The notes under the pieces: generated by a model
The model's database searches: none
Seen by the model: only the letters and a program-made list of their open reading frames with translations
Told to the model about the DNA's origin: nothing
In this document: positions 29,964-38,632 of the stretch, piece after piece
How the letters are laid out: every line of letters starts with the position of its first letter
Position numbering within the stretch: the first letter of the stretch is position 1
Translations under genes and position numbers: made by a program
From: Calditrichales bacterium
Lineage (GTDB): Bacteria > Calditrichota > Calditrichia > Calditrichales > J004
DNA: 64,000 nucleotides
Direction of reading: 5' to 3'
Assembly: GCA_965267575.1 (NCBI GenBank)
Contig: OZ254086.1
Span: 128,001 to 192,000, forward strand

Positions 29964-30149
29964 ATGGCCTTTAAAATAAAAATCGGTACCGCAGCTATTG
30001 ACGATATCCAGGCTGGTATTGACTGGTATAACCAACAGCAAGATTTATTAGGTCGCACATTTCTTAAAGAAGTAAAAACCCACATCAAGATTCTTGAGAG
30101 CAATCCGTATTTGCAGGTACGTTATGATAACGAGAAATTATGTTACTAG
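29964..30149 (+). pseudogene. RelE/ParE family toxin, C-terminally truncated
   Basis: AAIDDIQAGIDWYNQQQ..LG..FL.EV...I..L..NP motif; only 61 aa, and similarity stops at VRYDN. Confidence 0.7.
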
Positions 30150-30285
30150 AAAGCAGCACCGACACCCCTCCGCTCCCTCTCCCGATGGGAGAATGACGCG
30201 GAAAAAGACAACGCCCCAAATGATGGCGGCACCGGTGATCAGGAGAAGGTTGATGTGTTTTTTAAGCAAAAGTGCAAATTTGCGA

Positions 30286-30860
30286 TCATAACAAGTAATA
30301 CGTTAGTCCAACACTAAAATAAAAAGGACTATAATCATAGTCCTTTCCGGTTTTGCCTTTTTTAAGGATAGAATTCTTATAATTCCAGGAGTTGAAACCT
30401 GCTTCAAGATGACCGCCCAAATAATTCAAATTAAGTAGTTTCGTTTCAAACCAGCGCAGCCCTGCAAAAAAATGCACTCCTTCTATTAAACCATTGCCAG
30501 TGAACCCAAGAACGGATTGCTTTTCTTTTATCTGACTATACCCAAATCCAGCATATAATGGATCGGTAGATCCTATGTTTCAAGATATGCAAGATCGTAA
30601 CATAATTTAAATTGATAACTCCTATCAACCTGCAAAATAAACCCAGATTTATTATTATTTTCTCTTGATAGGCCGTACTCTGCTTGCAAAGTAAAACCTT
30701 TATAATAGGTCATTATATTAAAGCCATGCAGAAACACAAATGTACCTATCCCAACTCCCAATTTAAATTCCGGGATTTGTTTAGTTTTCGTTGAGTCATT
30801 GATAATAGCTGCATCAATTCTACTGAAAATGATCATTACTAAAATAAACGCAATTTTCAT
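30286..30860 (-). pseudogene. Frameshifted outer-membrane beta-barrel-like protein
   Basis: Signal peptide in 30573..30860; the reading continues in another frame (IGSTDPLYAGFGY...) to the OMP-like end FSVGLTYYLL; 1-nt shift near 30578. Confidence 0.6.
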
Positions 30861-30974
30861 AGTATACTCTTTTACTAATCTGGTTTAAAAAACAAACTAA
30901 TTTTATGATTATTTACTTTTTAATAAATGATTACTGGAGGCGAAAGGCTTCCTTGCGTAAACCAAAATTTATAA

Positions 30975-31180
30975 CCATAGCACACTCCCCGATCTCTCAC
31001 ATGCGTTCGAGATGACAGGGTGTGTGTCACAAGCCCTTTCCATTGGTACAAGGGAAGGGGTTTGGGGATGGGTTGCAGGGATCATGATCAAGATCAAGAG
31101 CACGATCAAGATTTATGAACACGTGAACACTTGAATACATTAACACTTTAACACCCTAACACGCCAACACGTTTAGCACT
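30975..31180 (+). repeat. Composite repeat copy 4 (right arm of palindrome A, C, D, E)
   Basis: GATCTCTCACATGCGTTCGAGATGACA 30991-31017; C 31034-31074; hexamers; octamers. Confidence 0.88.
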
Positions 31181-31795
31181 CTACTCCACTTCTTTCTCTT
31201 CCGGCCAGTCCAGGCAGACCAGTTTCTCCTCGCTTTCCAGCTTGTAGCGCCAGTTGCTTTTGGGGCAGGTCATAATGCCGTCCGAGTCCGGTTTGGGCAG
31301 GCGGGCGCCGTGACGGCTCATCCAGCCGATGCGTTTGGCGGGAACTCCGGCCATCAGCGCGTAGTCCGGCACATCTTTGGCCACAACCGCGCCGGCGGCG
31401 ATAAAAGCAAAGCGGCCGATGTCGTTGCCGCAGACGATGGTGGCGTTGGCGCCGATGGAAGCGCCGTGGCCGACGTGCGTCTTCAGGTAAAACTCTGTGC
31501 CACGCTGGGGAAACTCGCAGCGCGGCTCGATGATATTGGTAAACACCATCGACGGGCCGCAGAAAACGTAATCGGCCAGCTCCACGCCTTCGTAAATGGA
31601 GACGTTATTCTGCACCTTGCAGAAGTTGCCGATGCGCACGTTGTTGCCCACGTTCACATTCTGCCCGAAGACACACTTTTTGCCAATCACCGATCCGCCC
31701 TGGATATGGCTGAAATGCCAGATTTTGGTGCCTGCGCCAATCTGCACGTTGTCATCCACGTAAGATGATTCATGTACAAAAAAATCGTTGCTCAT
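31181..31795 (-). CDS. wbpD: UDP-GlcNAc3NA N-acetyltransferase (WbpD/WlbB family, hexapeptide repeat)
   Basis: IWHFSHI, GQNVNVG, KVQNNVSIYEGV, FCGPSMVFTN, GVPAKRIGWMS. Confidence 0.88.
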   Translation of the reverse strand: MSNDFFVHESSYVDDNVQIGAGTKIWHFSHIQGGSVIGKKCVFGQNVNVGNNVRIGNFCKVQNNVSIYEGVELADYVFCGPSMVFTNIIEPRCEFPQRGTEFYLKTHVGHGASIGANATIVCGNDIGRFAFIAAGAVVAKDVPDYALMAGVPAKRIGWMSRHGARLPKPDSDGIMTCPKSNWRYKLESEEKLVCLDWPEEKEVE

Positions 31796-31813
31796 ATCTT
31801 TTATCCTCACAAA

Positions 31814-32767
31814 TTATTTGCCTGCCATCATCGGGTGCGCCGTATCCAGCGATGCCTTCTCCGGTGTTGCGTGGCGGATGTCATAAGCCAGCCGGATGGA
31901 ATTGCGCGCGTCTTCAATGCCATAGCCGCCGCCGCCAAGAATATCCTTGTAAACGATCGTGTGCAGATCGGCGAATCCCCCGCTGAACTCAACTTCCTCG
32001 CCGTCAACCGTAATCGATCGGTAGGTGGGTTTGCCTTCTTTTACCGCGCTGTCCGGCAGATCGCTTTTTTCCAGCGAGAGATACCAGCGCACACGGGCAT
32101 TCTGCAACTCGATAAAACCCGAAGCACGCCTGTGCTCGGACAGGTAAACCTTCTGCATTTGCACCGGCCCGAAAATCCAGGCCAGCATATCAAAAAAGTG
32201 GATGCCGATATTGGTGGCCACACCGCCCGACTTGTTGACGTCGCCTTTCCAGGAGTAATCATACCAACGGCCGCGGGTGGTAATATAGGTCAGATCGATT
32301 TCATGCTTGCTGTCGCGCTTTTCGGCCTGCACTTGTTGTTTAAGGGCGATAATCGAGGGGTGCACACGCAGCTGCAAAATGTTATAAACGCGCATTTTGG
32401 ATTGCTGCTCCAGCTCGCTCAGCGCGTCCACATTCCAGGGATTAAGCACCAGCGGTTTTTCGCAAATGGCATGAGCGCCCACGCGCAGCGCGAAACGGAT
32501 ATGTGCATCATGAAAGTAGTTGGGCGAACAGATGCTGACATAGTGGATCTCGTCACCCGCGGAACGCATGCGGCGCATTTCAACGTAACGGTCAAAACGC
32601 TCGAACTCGGTAAAGAAATCAACCTGGTCAAAATAACGATCCAGGATGCCGACGGAATCGCTTTTGTCAAGCGCGCAGACAAGGTTATTGTCCGTATCGC
32701 GGATGGCCTGCATGTGCCGTGGCGCGATATAGCCGGCGGCGCCAATCAAAGCAAAGTTTTTAGACAT
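31814..32767 (-). CDS. wbpB: UDP-GlcNAcA 3-dehydrogenase (WbpB/WlbA, Gfo/Idh/MocA family)
   Basis: IGAAGYIAPRH, SICSPNY, CEKPLV, SWKGD..KSGG.ATNIGIHFFD. Confidence 0.92.
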   Translation of the reverse strand: MSKNFALIGAAGYIAPRHMQAIRDTDNNLVCALDKSDSVGILDRYFDQVDFFTEFERFDRYVEMRRMRSAGDEIHYVSICSPNYFHDAHIRFALRVGAHAICEKPLVLNPWNVDALSELEQQSKMRVYNILQLRVHPSIIALKQQVQAEKRDSKHEIDLTYITTRGRWYDYSWKGDVNKSGGVATNIGIHFFDMLAWIFGPVQMQKVYLSEHRRASGFIELQNARVRWYLSLEKSDLPDSAVKEGKPTYRSITVDGEEVEFSGGFADLHTIVYKDILGGGGYGIEDARNSIRLAYDIRHATPEKASLDTAHPMMAGK

Positions 32768-32921
32768 GGGTTATTCTCTGTTTAATAAATGACAAACTTA
32801 CGCAATGTTAAAAAACGATCAAACAACAAACCAAAATATAACAATGAGCGATCATACCGCTCTATAAGATGACGTTTGTCACGAAGAGATTTTTCACTTG
32901 TCTTATTATTGCTGCGTGCAG

Positions 32922-32951
32922 TTGAAAAACACAGAGCGGAAATGTTATCTT
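32922..32951 (+). promoter_or_regulatory. Possible sigma70 promoter of cysC
   Basis: TTGAAA-18 bp-TATCTT with an extended -10 TG. Confidence 0.35.
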
Positions 32952-32989
32952 AAGCGCTCGCTAAATCAGAGCAGGGACATGTATTTGGC

Positions 32990-33589
32990 ATGAAAGCCAG
33001 CAATATTCATCCGGTTTTTGATCGTATTCTGCAGAGGGCAGACAAACAATCCCTTTTAGAGCAAAATGGTTGCTGTATTTGGCTTACCGGACTTTCCGGT
33101 TCGGGCAAATCCACCATCGCCATAGGCCTGGAACGCATGCTGCACGAGCACGGCATTCTGACCCAGATACTGGACGGCGATAATATCCGCAGCGGCATTA
33201 ACAATAATCTCGGTTTTTCCGAAGATGACAGGCGGGAAAATATCCGCAGAATTGCCGAAGTTTCGAAGCTTTTTGTGGATTGCGGTATCGTGACCATCAA
33301 CAGTTTTGTAAGCCCGACACGCGCCATGCGCAACATGGCCCGCGAGATTATCGGCGCGGACGATTTTGTGGAAGTGTATGTGAACGCCCCCCTGGAGGTG
33401 TGTGAGCAGCGTGATGTAAAGGGCTTGTATGCCAAAGCCCGGCGCGGTGAGATTAAGGATTTTACCGGTATCCACCAGGCTTTTGAAGCGCCGGAGCAAC
33501 CCGCCCTGGAGCTGCGTACCGATCAGCTAAACATCGAACAGGCAACCGAAAACCTTTTTAAACATGTAGTACCAATCATAAAGAAATAG
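32990..33589 (+). CDS. cysC: Adenylyl-sulfate kinase
   Basis: WLTGLSGSGKST, LDGDNIR, ENIRRIAEV, RDVKGLY, FTGI. Confidence 0.97.
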   Translation: MKASNIHPVFDRILQRADKQSLLEQNGCCIWLTGLSGSGKSTIAIGLERMLHEHGILTQILDGDNIRSGINNNLGFSEDDRRENIRRIAEVSKLFVDCGIVTINSFVSPTRAMRNMAREIIGADDFVEVYVNAPLEVCEQRDVKGLYAKARRGEIKDFTGIHQAFEAPEQPALELRTDQLNIEQATENLFKHVVPIIKK

Positions 33590-33593
33590 AATT

Positions 33594-34499
33594 ATGCAGT
33601 CTTATACTCTAAATCATTTACAGGAACTGGAAGCGGAATCGGTTTATGTTATCCGTGAAGTGGCCGCGCAGTTTGAGCGCCCGGTGATGCTTTTCTCGGG
33701 TGGCAAGGATTCGATCGTCATGTTCCACCTGGCGCGCAAAGCTTTTTATCCGGCCAAGCTGCCCTTTCCCCTTTTGCATATCGATACGGGGCACAATTTT
33801 GATGAAACGCTGAAATTCCGAGACGAGCTGATGGAAGAAACAGGCACCGAGCTGATCGTGCGCTATGTGGAGGATACAATCAAGGCAGGCCGCGCCGCTG
33901 AAGAGTCCGGCCCCAATCCCAGCCGCAACCGCCAGCAGACGGTGACACTGCTGGACGCCATCGAAGAGTTTAAATTTGACGCGGCCATGGGCGGCGGGAG
34001 GCGCGACGAAGAGAAAGCACGGGCCAAAGAGCGCTTCTTCTCACACCGTGATGAATTCGGCCAGTGGGACCCCAAAAACCAGCGCCCCGAACTGTGGAAC
34101 CTGTTTAACGGGCGACGCAACATGGGCGAACATTTTCGTGTTTTCCCCATCAGCAACTGGACCGAGCTGGATGTCTGGGAGTACATCAAAATGGAAAACA
34201 TAGAAATCCCCAGCCTCTACTTCACCCATGAGCGCGAGATCGTTAACCGTGACGGGACGCTGCTGGCAAAAAATCCGTTCATCACGCTGATCAAAAACGA
34301 AAAATGGGAAAAGCGTAAGATTCGCTTCCGCACCATCGGCGATATGACCTGCACCGGCGCGGTGGAATCACCGGCGCAAAACCTCGATGACATCATCGCC
34401 GAAATAGCCACCAGCCGCGTAACCGAACGTGGCGCCCGCTTCGACGACAAACGTTCCGAGGCCGCTATGGAAGACCGCAAAAAAGAAGGATACTTTTAA
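33594..34499 (+). CDS. cysD: Sulfate adenylyltransferase subunit 2
   Basis: SGGKDS, HIDTGHNF, RRDEEKARAKER, WDPKNQRPELW, MEDRKKEGYF. Confidence 0.98.
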   Translation: MQSYTLNHLQELEAESVYVIREVAAQFERPVMLFSGGKDSIVMFHLARKAFYPAKLPFPLLHIDTGHNFDETLKFRDELMEETGTELIVRYVEDTIKAGRAAEESGPNPSRNRQQTVTLLDAIEEFKFDAAMGGGRRDEEKARAKERFFSHRDEFGQWDPKNQRPELWNLFNGRRNMGEHFRVFPISNWTELDVWEYIKMENIEIPSLYFTHEREIVNRDGTLLAKNPFITLIKNEKWEKRKIRFRTIGDMTCTGAVESPAQNLDDIIAEIATSRVTERGARFDDKRSEAAMEDRKKEGYF

Positions 34500-34502
34500 G
34501 CT

Positions 34503-35777
34503 ATGACTGAAAATGCCATTTTAAGCCACGCCCAGGGAGAAATGCTGCGCTTTACGACAGCGGGCAGCGTGGATGACGGAAAGAGCACACTGATAGGCCG
34601 CCTGCTGTACGACAGCAAGGCCATTTTTGAAGACCAGATGGAAGCCATCGAGCAGGCCAGCAAAAAGACCGGCCTGGAAGAGGTGAACCTGGCTTTGTTG
34701 ACCGACGGCCTGCGCGCCGAACGCGAACAGGGCATCACCATCGATGTGGCCTACCGCTACTTTGCCACGCCCAAGCGCAAGTTTATCATCGCCGACACAC
34801 CCGGCCACGTGCAGTACACGCGCAATATGGTCACCGGCGCTTCCACGGCCAACGCGGCAATCATTTTAATAGACGCGCGCCACGGTGTGATTGAACAGAC
34901 ACTGCGTCACGCCTTTATCGCTTCGCTGCTGCAGATTCCCCATGTGATCGTCTGTGTCAACAAGATGGATTTAGTGGATTACAAAGAAGAAGTATTTGAA
35001 AAAATCCGCAATGATTTTATGGGTTTTGCCGGCAAGCTCGATATCCAGGATATCCGCTTTGTGCCGATCAGCGCACTGAAAGGCGATAACGTTGTGCTGC
35101 GTTCGGAGAAAATGAGCTGGTTTATGGGGCCGACGCTGATGTACCTGCTGGAGCATATCTACATTGCCAGCGACAATAATCATATCGATCCGCGTTTCCC
35201 CGTGCAATACGTGGTACGCCCGCAGTCGAAGGAATTTCCGGATTACAGGGGCTACGCCGGACGCATCGCCAGCGGCACTTTCCGCAAGGGTGACAAGGTG
35301 ATGGTGCTGCCATCGGGATTCGCCTCAACCATTGAATCGATCGACTTTTTCAACAAGCAGTTCGATACGGCATACGCGCCGCAATCGGTGATCATGACGC
35401 TTGAAGATGAAATCGATATCAGCCGCGGTGACATGATCGTGCGTGAAAACAATCAACCCACTGTCTCCCAGGACCTGGACATAATGATCTGCTGGCTGGG
35501 CGAAAAGCCGATGATGGCGGGTGGAAAATACACGCTGCGCCATACCACGAATGAAGTGCGCTGCATGATCAAGGACGTCAAATACAAAATTGATATCAAT
35601 ACGCTGGACCGTAATATGGATGAAAAAAATATCGGGCTGAATGATATTGGGCGTATTTCCATCCGTACCACCAAGCCGCTCTATTTTGACAGCTACCGCA
35701 AGAACCGCCAGACCGGAAGCGTTGTCCTCGTTGATGAAGCAACGAATATTACGGTCTGCGCCGGCATGATTGTTTAA
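34503..35777 (+). CDS. cysN: Sulfate adenylyltransferase subunit 1 (GTPase)
   Basis: GSVDDGKSTLIGRLL, EREQGITIDVAYRYF, DTPGH, NKMD. Confidence 0.98.
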   Translation: MTENAILSHAQGEMLRFTTAGSVDDGKSTLIGRLLYDSKAIFEDQMEAIEQASKKTGLEEVNLALLTDGLRAEREQGITIDVAYRYFATPKRKFIIADTPGHVQYTRNMVTGASTANAAIILIDARHGVIEQTLRHAFIASLLQIPHVIVCVNKMDLVDYKEEVFEKIRNDFMGFAGKLDIQDIRFVPISALKGDNVVLRSEKMSWFMGPTLMYLLEHIYIASDNNHIDPRFPVQYVVRPQSKEFPDYRGYAGRIASGTFRKGDKVMVLPSGFASTIESIDFFNKQFDTAYAPQSVIMTLEDEIDISRGDMIVRENNQPTVSQDLDIMICWLGEKPMMAGGKYTLRHTTNEVRCMIKDVKYKIDINTLDRNMDEKNIGLNDIGRISIRTTKPLYFDSYRKNRQTGSVVLVDEATNITVCAGMIV

Positions 35778-35796
35778 AAGAACAGAGTATTCTGGC

Positions 35797-35823
35797 AGGC
35801 GGGTCGTTTGGCCCGCCTTTTTT
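35797..35823 (+). terminator. Intrinsic terminator after cysN
   Basis: AGGCGGGTC-GTTT-GGCCCGCCT followed by a T-tract. Confidence 0.75.
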
Positions 35824-35883
35824 GTTTAAAAAAAAGTGATCCCGCCTTAAATTACCCTTTCAGCCACTTTCCGGGAGAAAGCC

Positions 35884-36447
35884 ATGTCTGCGCAACAGGA
35901 TGACCTGTTCATCAAGGGCAAAAAAACCTATTTGCGATCGTATCAACCGGGCGACGAAACGATGATCGCCCGCCTGGAAAACCACCCCGATCCGCGCGCC
36001 ACGCTGTTTTACGCCCTGCCCACAACCTTGGAACAACAACGCCAAAAGATGGAACGTCTGCTTGCCGATCCCAACGCCGTCGTGCTGACAATCTGCGGTA
36101 AAGACAGCGGCGAAGCGGTAGGACAAACGTCGCTGCTGCGCATAGACTGGATCGGCCGGATGGCCATATTCTACATTGGTATTGCCGACAAGAGCAATTG
36201 GTCCAAGGGTTACGGCTCGGAAGCGACCCAACTTATGCTGGAATACGCTTTCGATACGCTAAACCTGAATCGCGTGCAGTTGCATGTGGCCGTGGAGAAC
36301 GAAGCAGCCGTAAGCGTCTACAAGCGCTGTGGTTTCAGCATAGAGGGCACCCTGCGCGAAGCCATGTATCACCGGGGCCGCTACTGCGATTTTTACGTGA
36401 TGGGCATCCTGCGCCGGGAGTGGGAGACAAAGCGGTCCAATGGATAA
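35884..36447 (+). CDS. GNAT family N-acetyltransferase (RimJ/RimL/SpeG-like)
   Basis: WSKGYGSEA, LNLNRVQL.V...N..A...Y...GF..EG.LR. Confidence 0.9.
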   Translation: MSAQQDDLFIKGKKTYLRSYQPGDETMIARLENHPDPRATLFYALPTTLEQQRQKMERLLADPNAVVLTICGKDSGEAVGQTSLLRIDWIGRMAIFYIGIADKSNWSKGYGSEATQLMLEYAFDTLNLNRVQLHVAVENEAAVSVYKRCGFSIEGTLREAMYHRGRYCDFYVMGILRREWETKRSNG

Positions 36448-37765
36448 CAAAAACCGTTTTCTCCTGCTGCCGCTAATTTTCGCCTTGCTGGCGGCACCCT
36501 GTTTTTCGCAGCTTCTGTTTAACGGCGAGCCATCCGTGCGCGTGCGTATTCTCAAAACGGTCGCTGCCATCCATCTTACCCCCAACGGAGATTGGCAGAT
36601 TAAAACGGATGATGGCTTTTCAAACATCGCGGCGGGCACCCCTTTATCCATTTCCGCGCAGGATGGGCTACTGCTGTTGGAAAATGAAGAAGGCTTGATC
36701 AACACATTTGGAGACAGCCTCGTTTTCAGGGCAAAAACGGACAGTTCCACTTTGCTCATCAAAGAGGTACCCTATGGTGTCGGCTGGTGGTGGGAAGGGA
36801 AAGAAGATCGTATTTACGAGGGCGTGATCGCCTTTTATGCCGCGGGTACGGACAGCGTTGAAGCGGTGGTTAAGCTGCCCCTGGAACAATACCTGCTCGG
36901 CGTTGTCCCCTACGAGATCGGTGGCGACTCTCCGCTGGAAGCGCTTAAGGCGCAGGCTGTGGCCGCACGTTCCGAAGCTGTGATGGCCTTACGCTCCGGC
37001 CTGTACAGCGGACCACACCATGACCTGACCTCCGACGTGGAGTGCCAGGTGTTCAGCGGCAACCACAAGCGCACCGCAGCCAGCGACCGCGCCGTGCGCG
37101 AAACAAGCAGACTAATACTTTGGGAAAACGATACGCCCATCCACGCCTATTACGCGTCCAACTGCGGCGGACATTCGGAGCTGATTCAAAATGTCTGGCC
37201 GGAACGACCCCGGCCGCAGAGCTATCAGCTGGCGCTCATTGATGACAGCACGCGGCACGCGCCGGACCTGAGCAGTGAAAGCGCCGCCCGTGAATGGATA
37301 GATTCGTCCCCTGCTGTATTCTGCAATCCCGCCGGGCATCCCGGTTTGCCGCCGTGGAGCCGCAAAAACTTCCGCTGGCAGCGCGCATATCTCTTTGAAG
37401 AATTGACTTCCATGATCGACACAACCGGAGCCAGGGGTATGCTGAGCGGAATAAAGGCGCTTGAGCGCGGACCTTCCGGAAGGATATACCGGGCGCATTT
37501 TATTTTTGAAAAAGATAGCATCGAGGTGAAAGGCGAATTAAGCATCCGCATGATGTGGAAGCCCGCTTTGCGCAGCGCCAATTTTTATGTGCAGAAAACA
37601 GATAGCGGCTTTGTGCTAAAGGGCGCGGGCTGGGGACATGGGGTCGGCATGTGTCAATCGGGTGCCGTAGCGCAGGCGCTGCAGGGCAAAGATTTCAAGG
37701 CAATCTTAAAACACTACTACCCCGCGGCAGAAGCAGGGCCGGCTTACTTTAGGGGAGTTCGCTAG
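36440..37765 (+). CDS. SpoIID/LytB domain-containing lytic transglycosylase-like protein
   Basis: LEQYLLGVVPYEI, EALKAQAVAARS, GWGHGVGMCQ.GA, ILKHYYP. Confidence 0.92.
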   Translation: MDNKNRFLLLPLIFALLAAPCFSQLLFNGEPSVRVRILKTVAAIHLTPNGDWQIKTDDGFSNIAAGTPLSISAQDGLLLLENEEGLINTFGDSLVFRAKTDSSTLLIKEVPYGVGWWWEGKEDRIYEGVIAFYAAGTDSVEAVVKLPLEQYLLGVVPYEIGGDSPLEALKAQAVAARSEAVMALRSGLYSGPHHDLTSDVECQVFSGNHKRTAASDRAVRETSRLILWENDTPIHAYYASNCGGHSELIQNVWPERPRPQSYQLALIDDSTRHAPDLSSESAAREWIDSSPAVFCNPAGHPGLPPWSRKNFRWQRAYLFEELTSMIDTTGARGMLSGIKALERGPSGRIYRAHFIFEKDSIEVKGELSIRMMWKPALRSANFYVQKTDSGFVLKGAGWGHGVGMCQSGAVAQALQGKDFKAILKHYYPAAEAGPAYFRGVR

Positions 37766-38040
37766 TTCTTATCAAAATAATCTTTGTCGGCAAGGTTCTT
37801 TTCGGGATCAAACCATTTTTTGTAAGGGCCCAGCAGCAGGAAGAAAGGTTTGACCAAAACGGGGACCCATAGCGCACCGGTCAAAAAATACATCATGGCC
37901 AGAACCAGCAGCGGCAACGAAGGCCAGTTTTTTACAAGCGCAACAACTGAGACCACAAGAATAATCGCGGAGATAACATAACCGAAACGGCGCACCGGTA
38001 GATCTTCGGGCTTCGAAATACCTTCCAGAAATTTGTTCAT
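37762..38040 (-). CDS. Small membrane protein, SxtJ-like N-terminal pattern
   Basis: RRFG followed by two TMs and P..VKP; overlaps the upxY stop (ATGA). Confidence 0.5.
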   Translation of the reverse strand: MNKFLEGISKPEDLPVRRFGYVISAIILVVSVVALVKNWPSLPLLVLAMMYFLTGALWVPVLVKPFFLLLGPYKKWFDPEKNLADKDYFDKN

Positions 38041-38549
38041 AGCGCCTCCTCGGGTTCTTCCACCGGCTCCACCTGCTCGCGGTTTATCTCCACGGAAACC
38101 GTTTGCATGATACCGTCAATCGTGATGATCAGCCGGGTCTCCCCTTTAATGTTGGTTATCGTTCCCTTGAGACCGCGGAACGGCCCATCGGTCACCTCAA
38201 CAAGGTCGCCCTGGCGCAGATAGCTTTCCATGCGCAGGCTGTCCGGATCCATTTCCAGCAACGTTTTCAGTGAATCAATCTGCCAATCGGGTATGCTGGC
38301 CGGCGTGCCTTTAAACGTAATAATGCGCATCACGCCGTGTGTTTCAAGAACGCGAAAGCGGTTTTTGTAATCGAAGCGGCAAAAGACATAGCTGGGAAAC
38401 AACGGCAATTCCACTTCTTTTTTGCGGCTTTTAAACTGGCGGGTAACCGGCAGCAACGGCAGATAGGCCTCTTCGCCTTTTTCCAGCAACAGTTCAAAGG
38501 CCTTCTTCTCGTGCCGGGGACGCGTATACAATGCGTACCATTTTTTCAT
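38037..38549 (-). CDS. upxY: UpxY/RfaH-type NusG paralog transcription antiterminator
   Basis: WYALYTRPRHEKK, PLFPSYVF, KOW motif GDLVEVTDGPFRGLKG. Confidence 0.88.
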   Translation of the reverse strand: MKKWYALYTRPRHEKKAFELLLEKGEEAYLPLLPVTRQFKSRKKEVELPLFPSYVFCRFDYKNRFRVLETHGVMRIITFKGTPASIPDWQIDSLKTLLEMDPDSLRMESYLRQGDLVEVTDGPFRGLKGTITNIKGETRLIITIDGIMQTVSVEINREQVEPVEEPEEAL

Positions 38550-38632
38550 ACTATTAACCTGTTTTTCTCAGTGAGCTAATGAATTTACAAGATGATGGCG
38601 GACCATCAAAATCATATAAAACACAACGCCGT

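Noticed and set aside
25839-31180. CRISPR array interpretation of the repeats
   Set aside because: No constant-length repeat/spacer periodicity and no cas genes; units are degenerate palindromes and microsatellite-like runs.
32990-35777. Complete assimilatory sulfate reduction operon
   Set aside because: No PAPS/APS reductase, sulfite reductase or cysteine synthase in the window; they could exist elsewhere, so only PAPS synthesis is supported.
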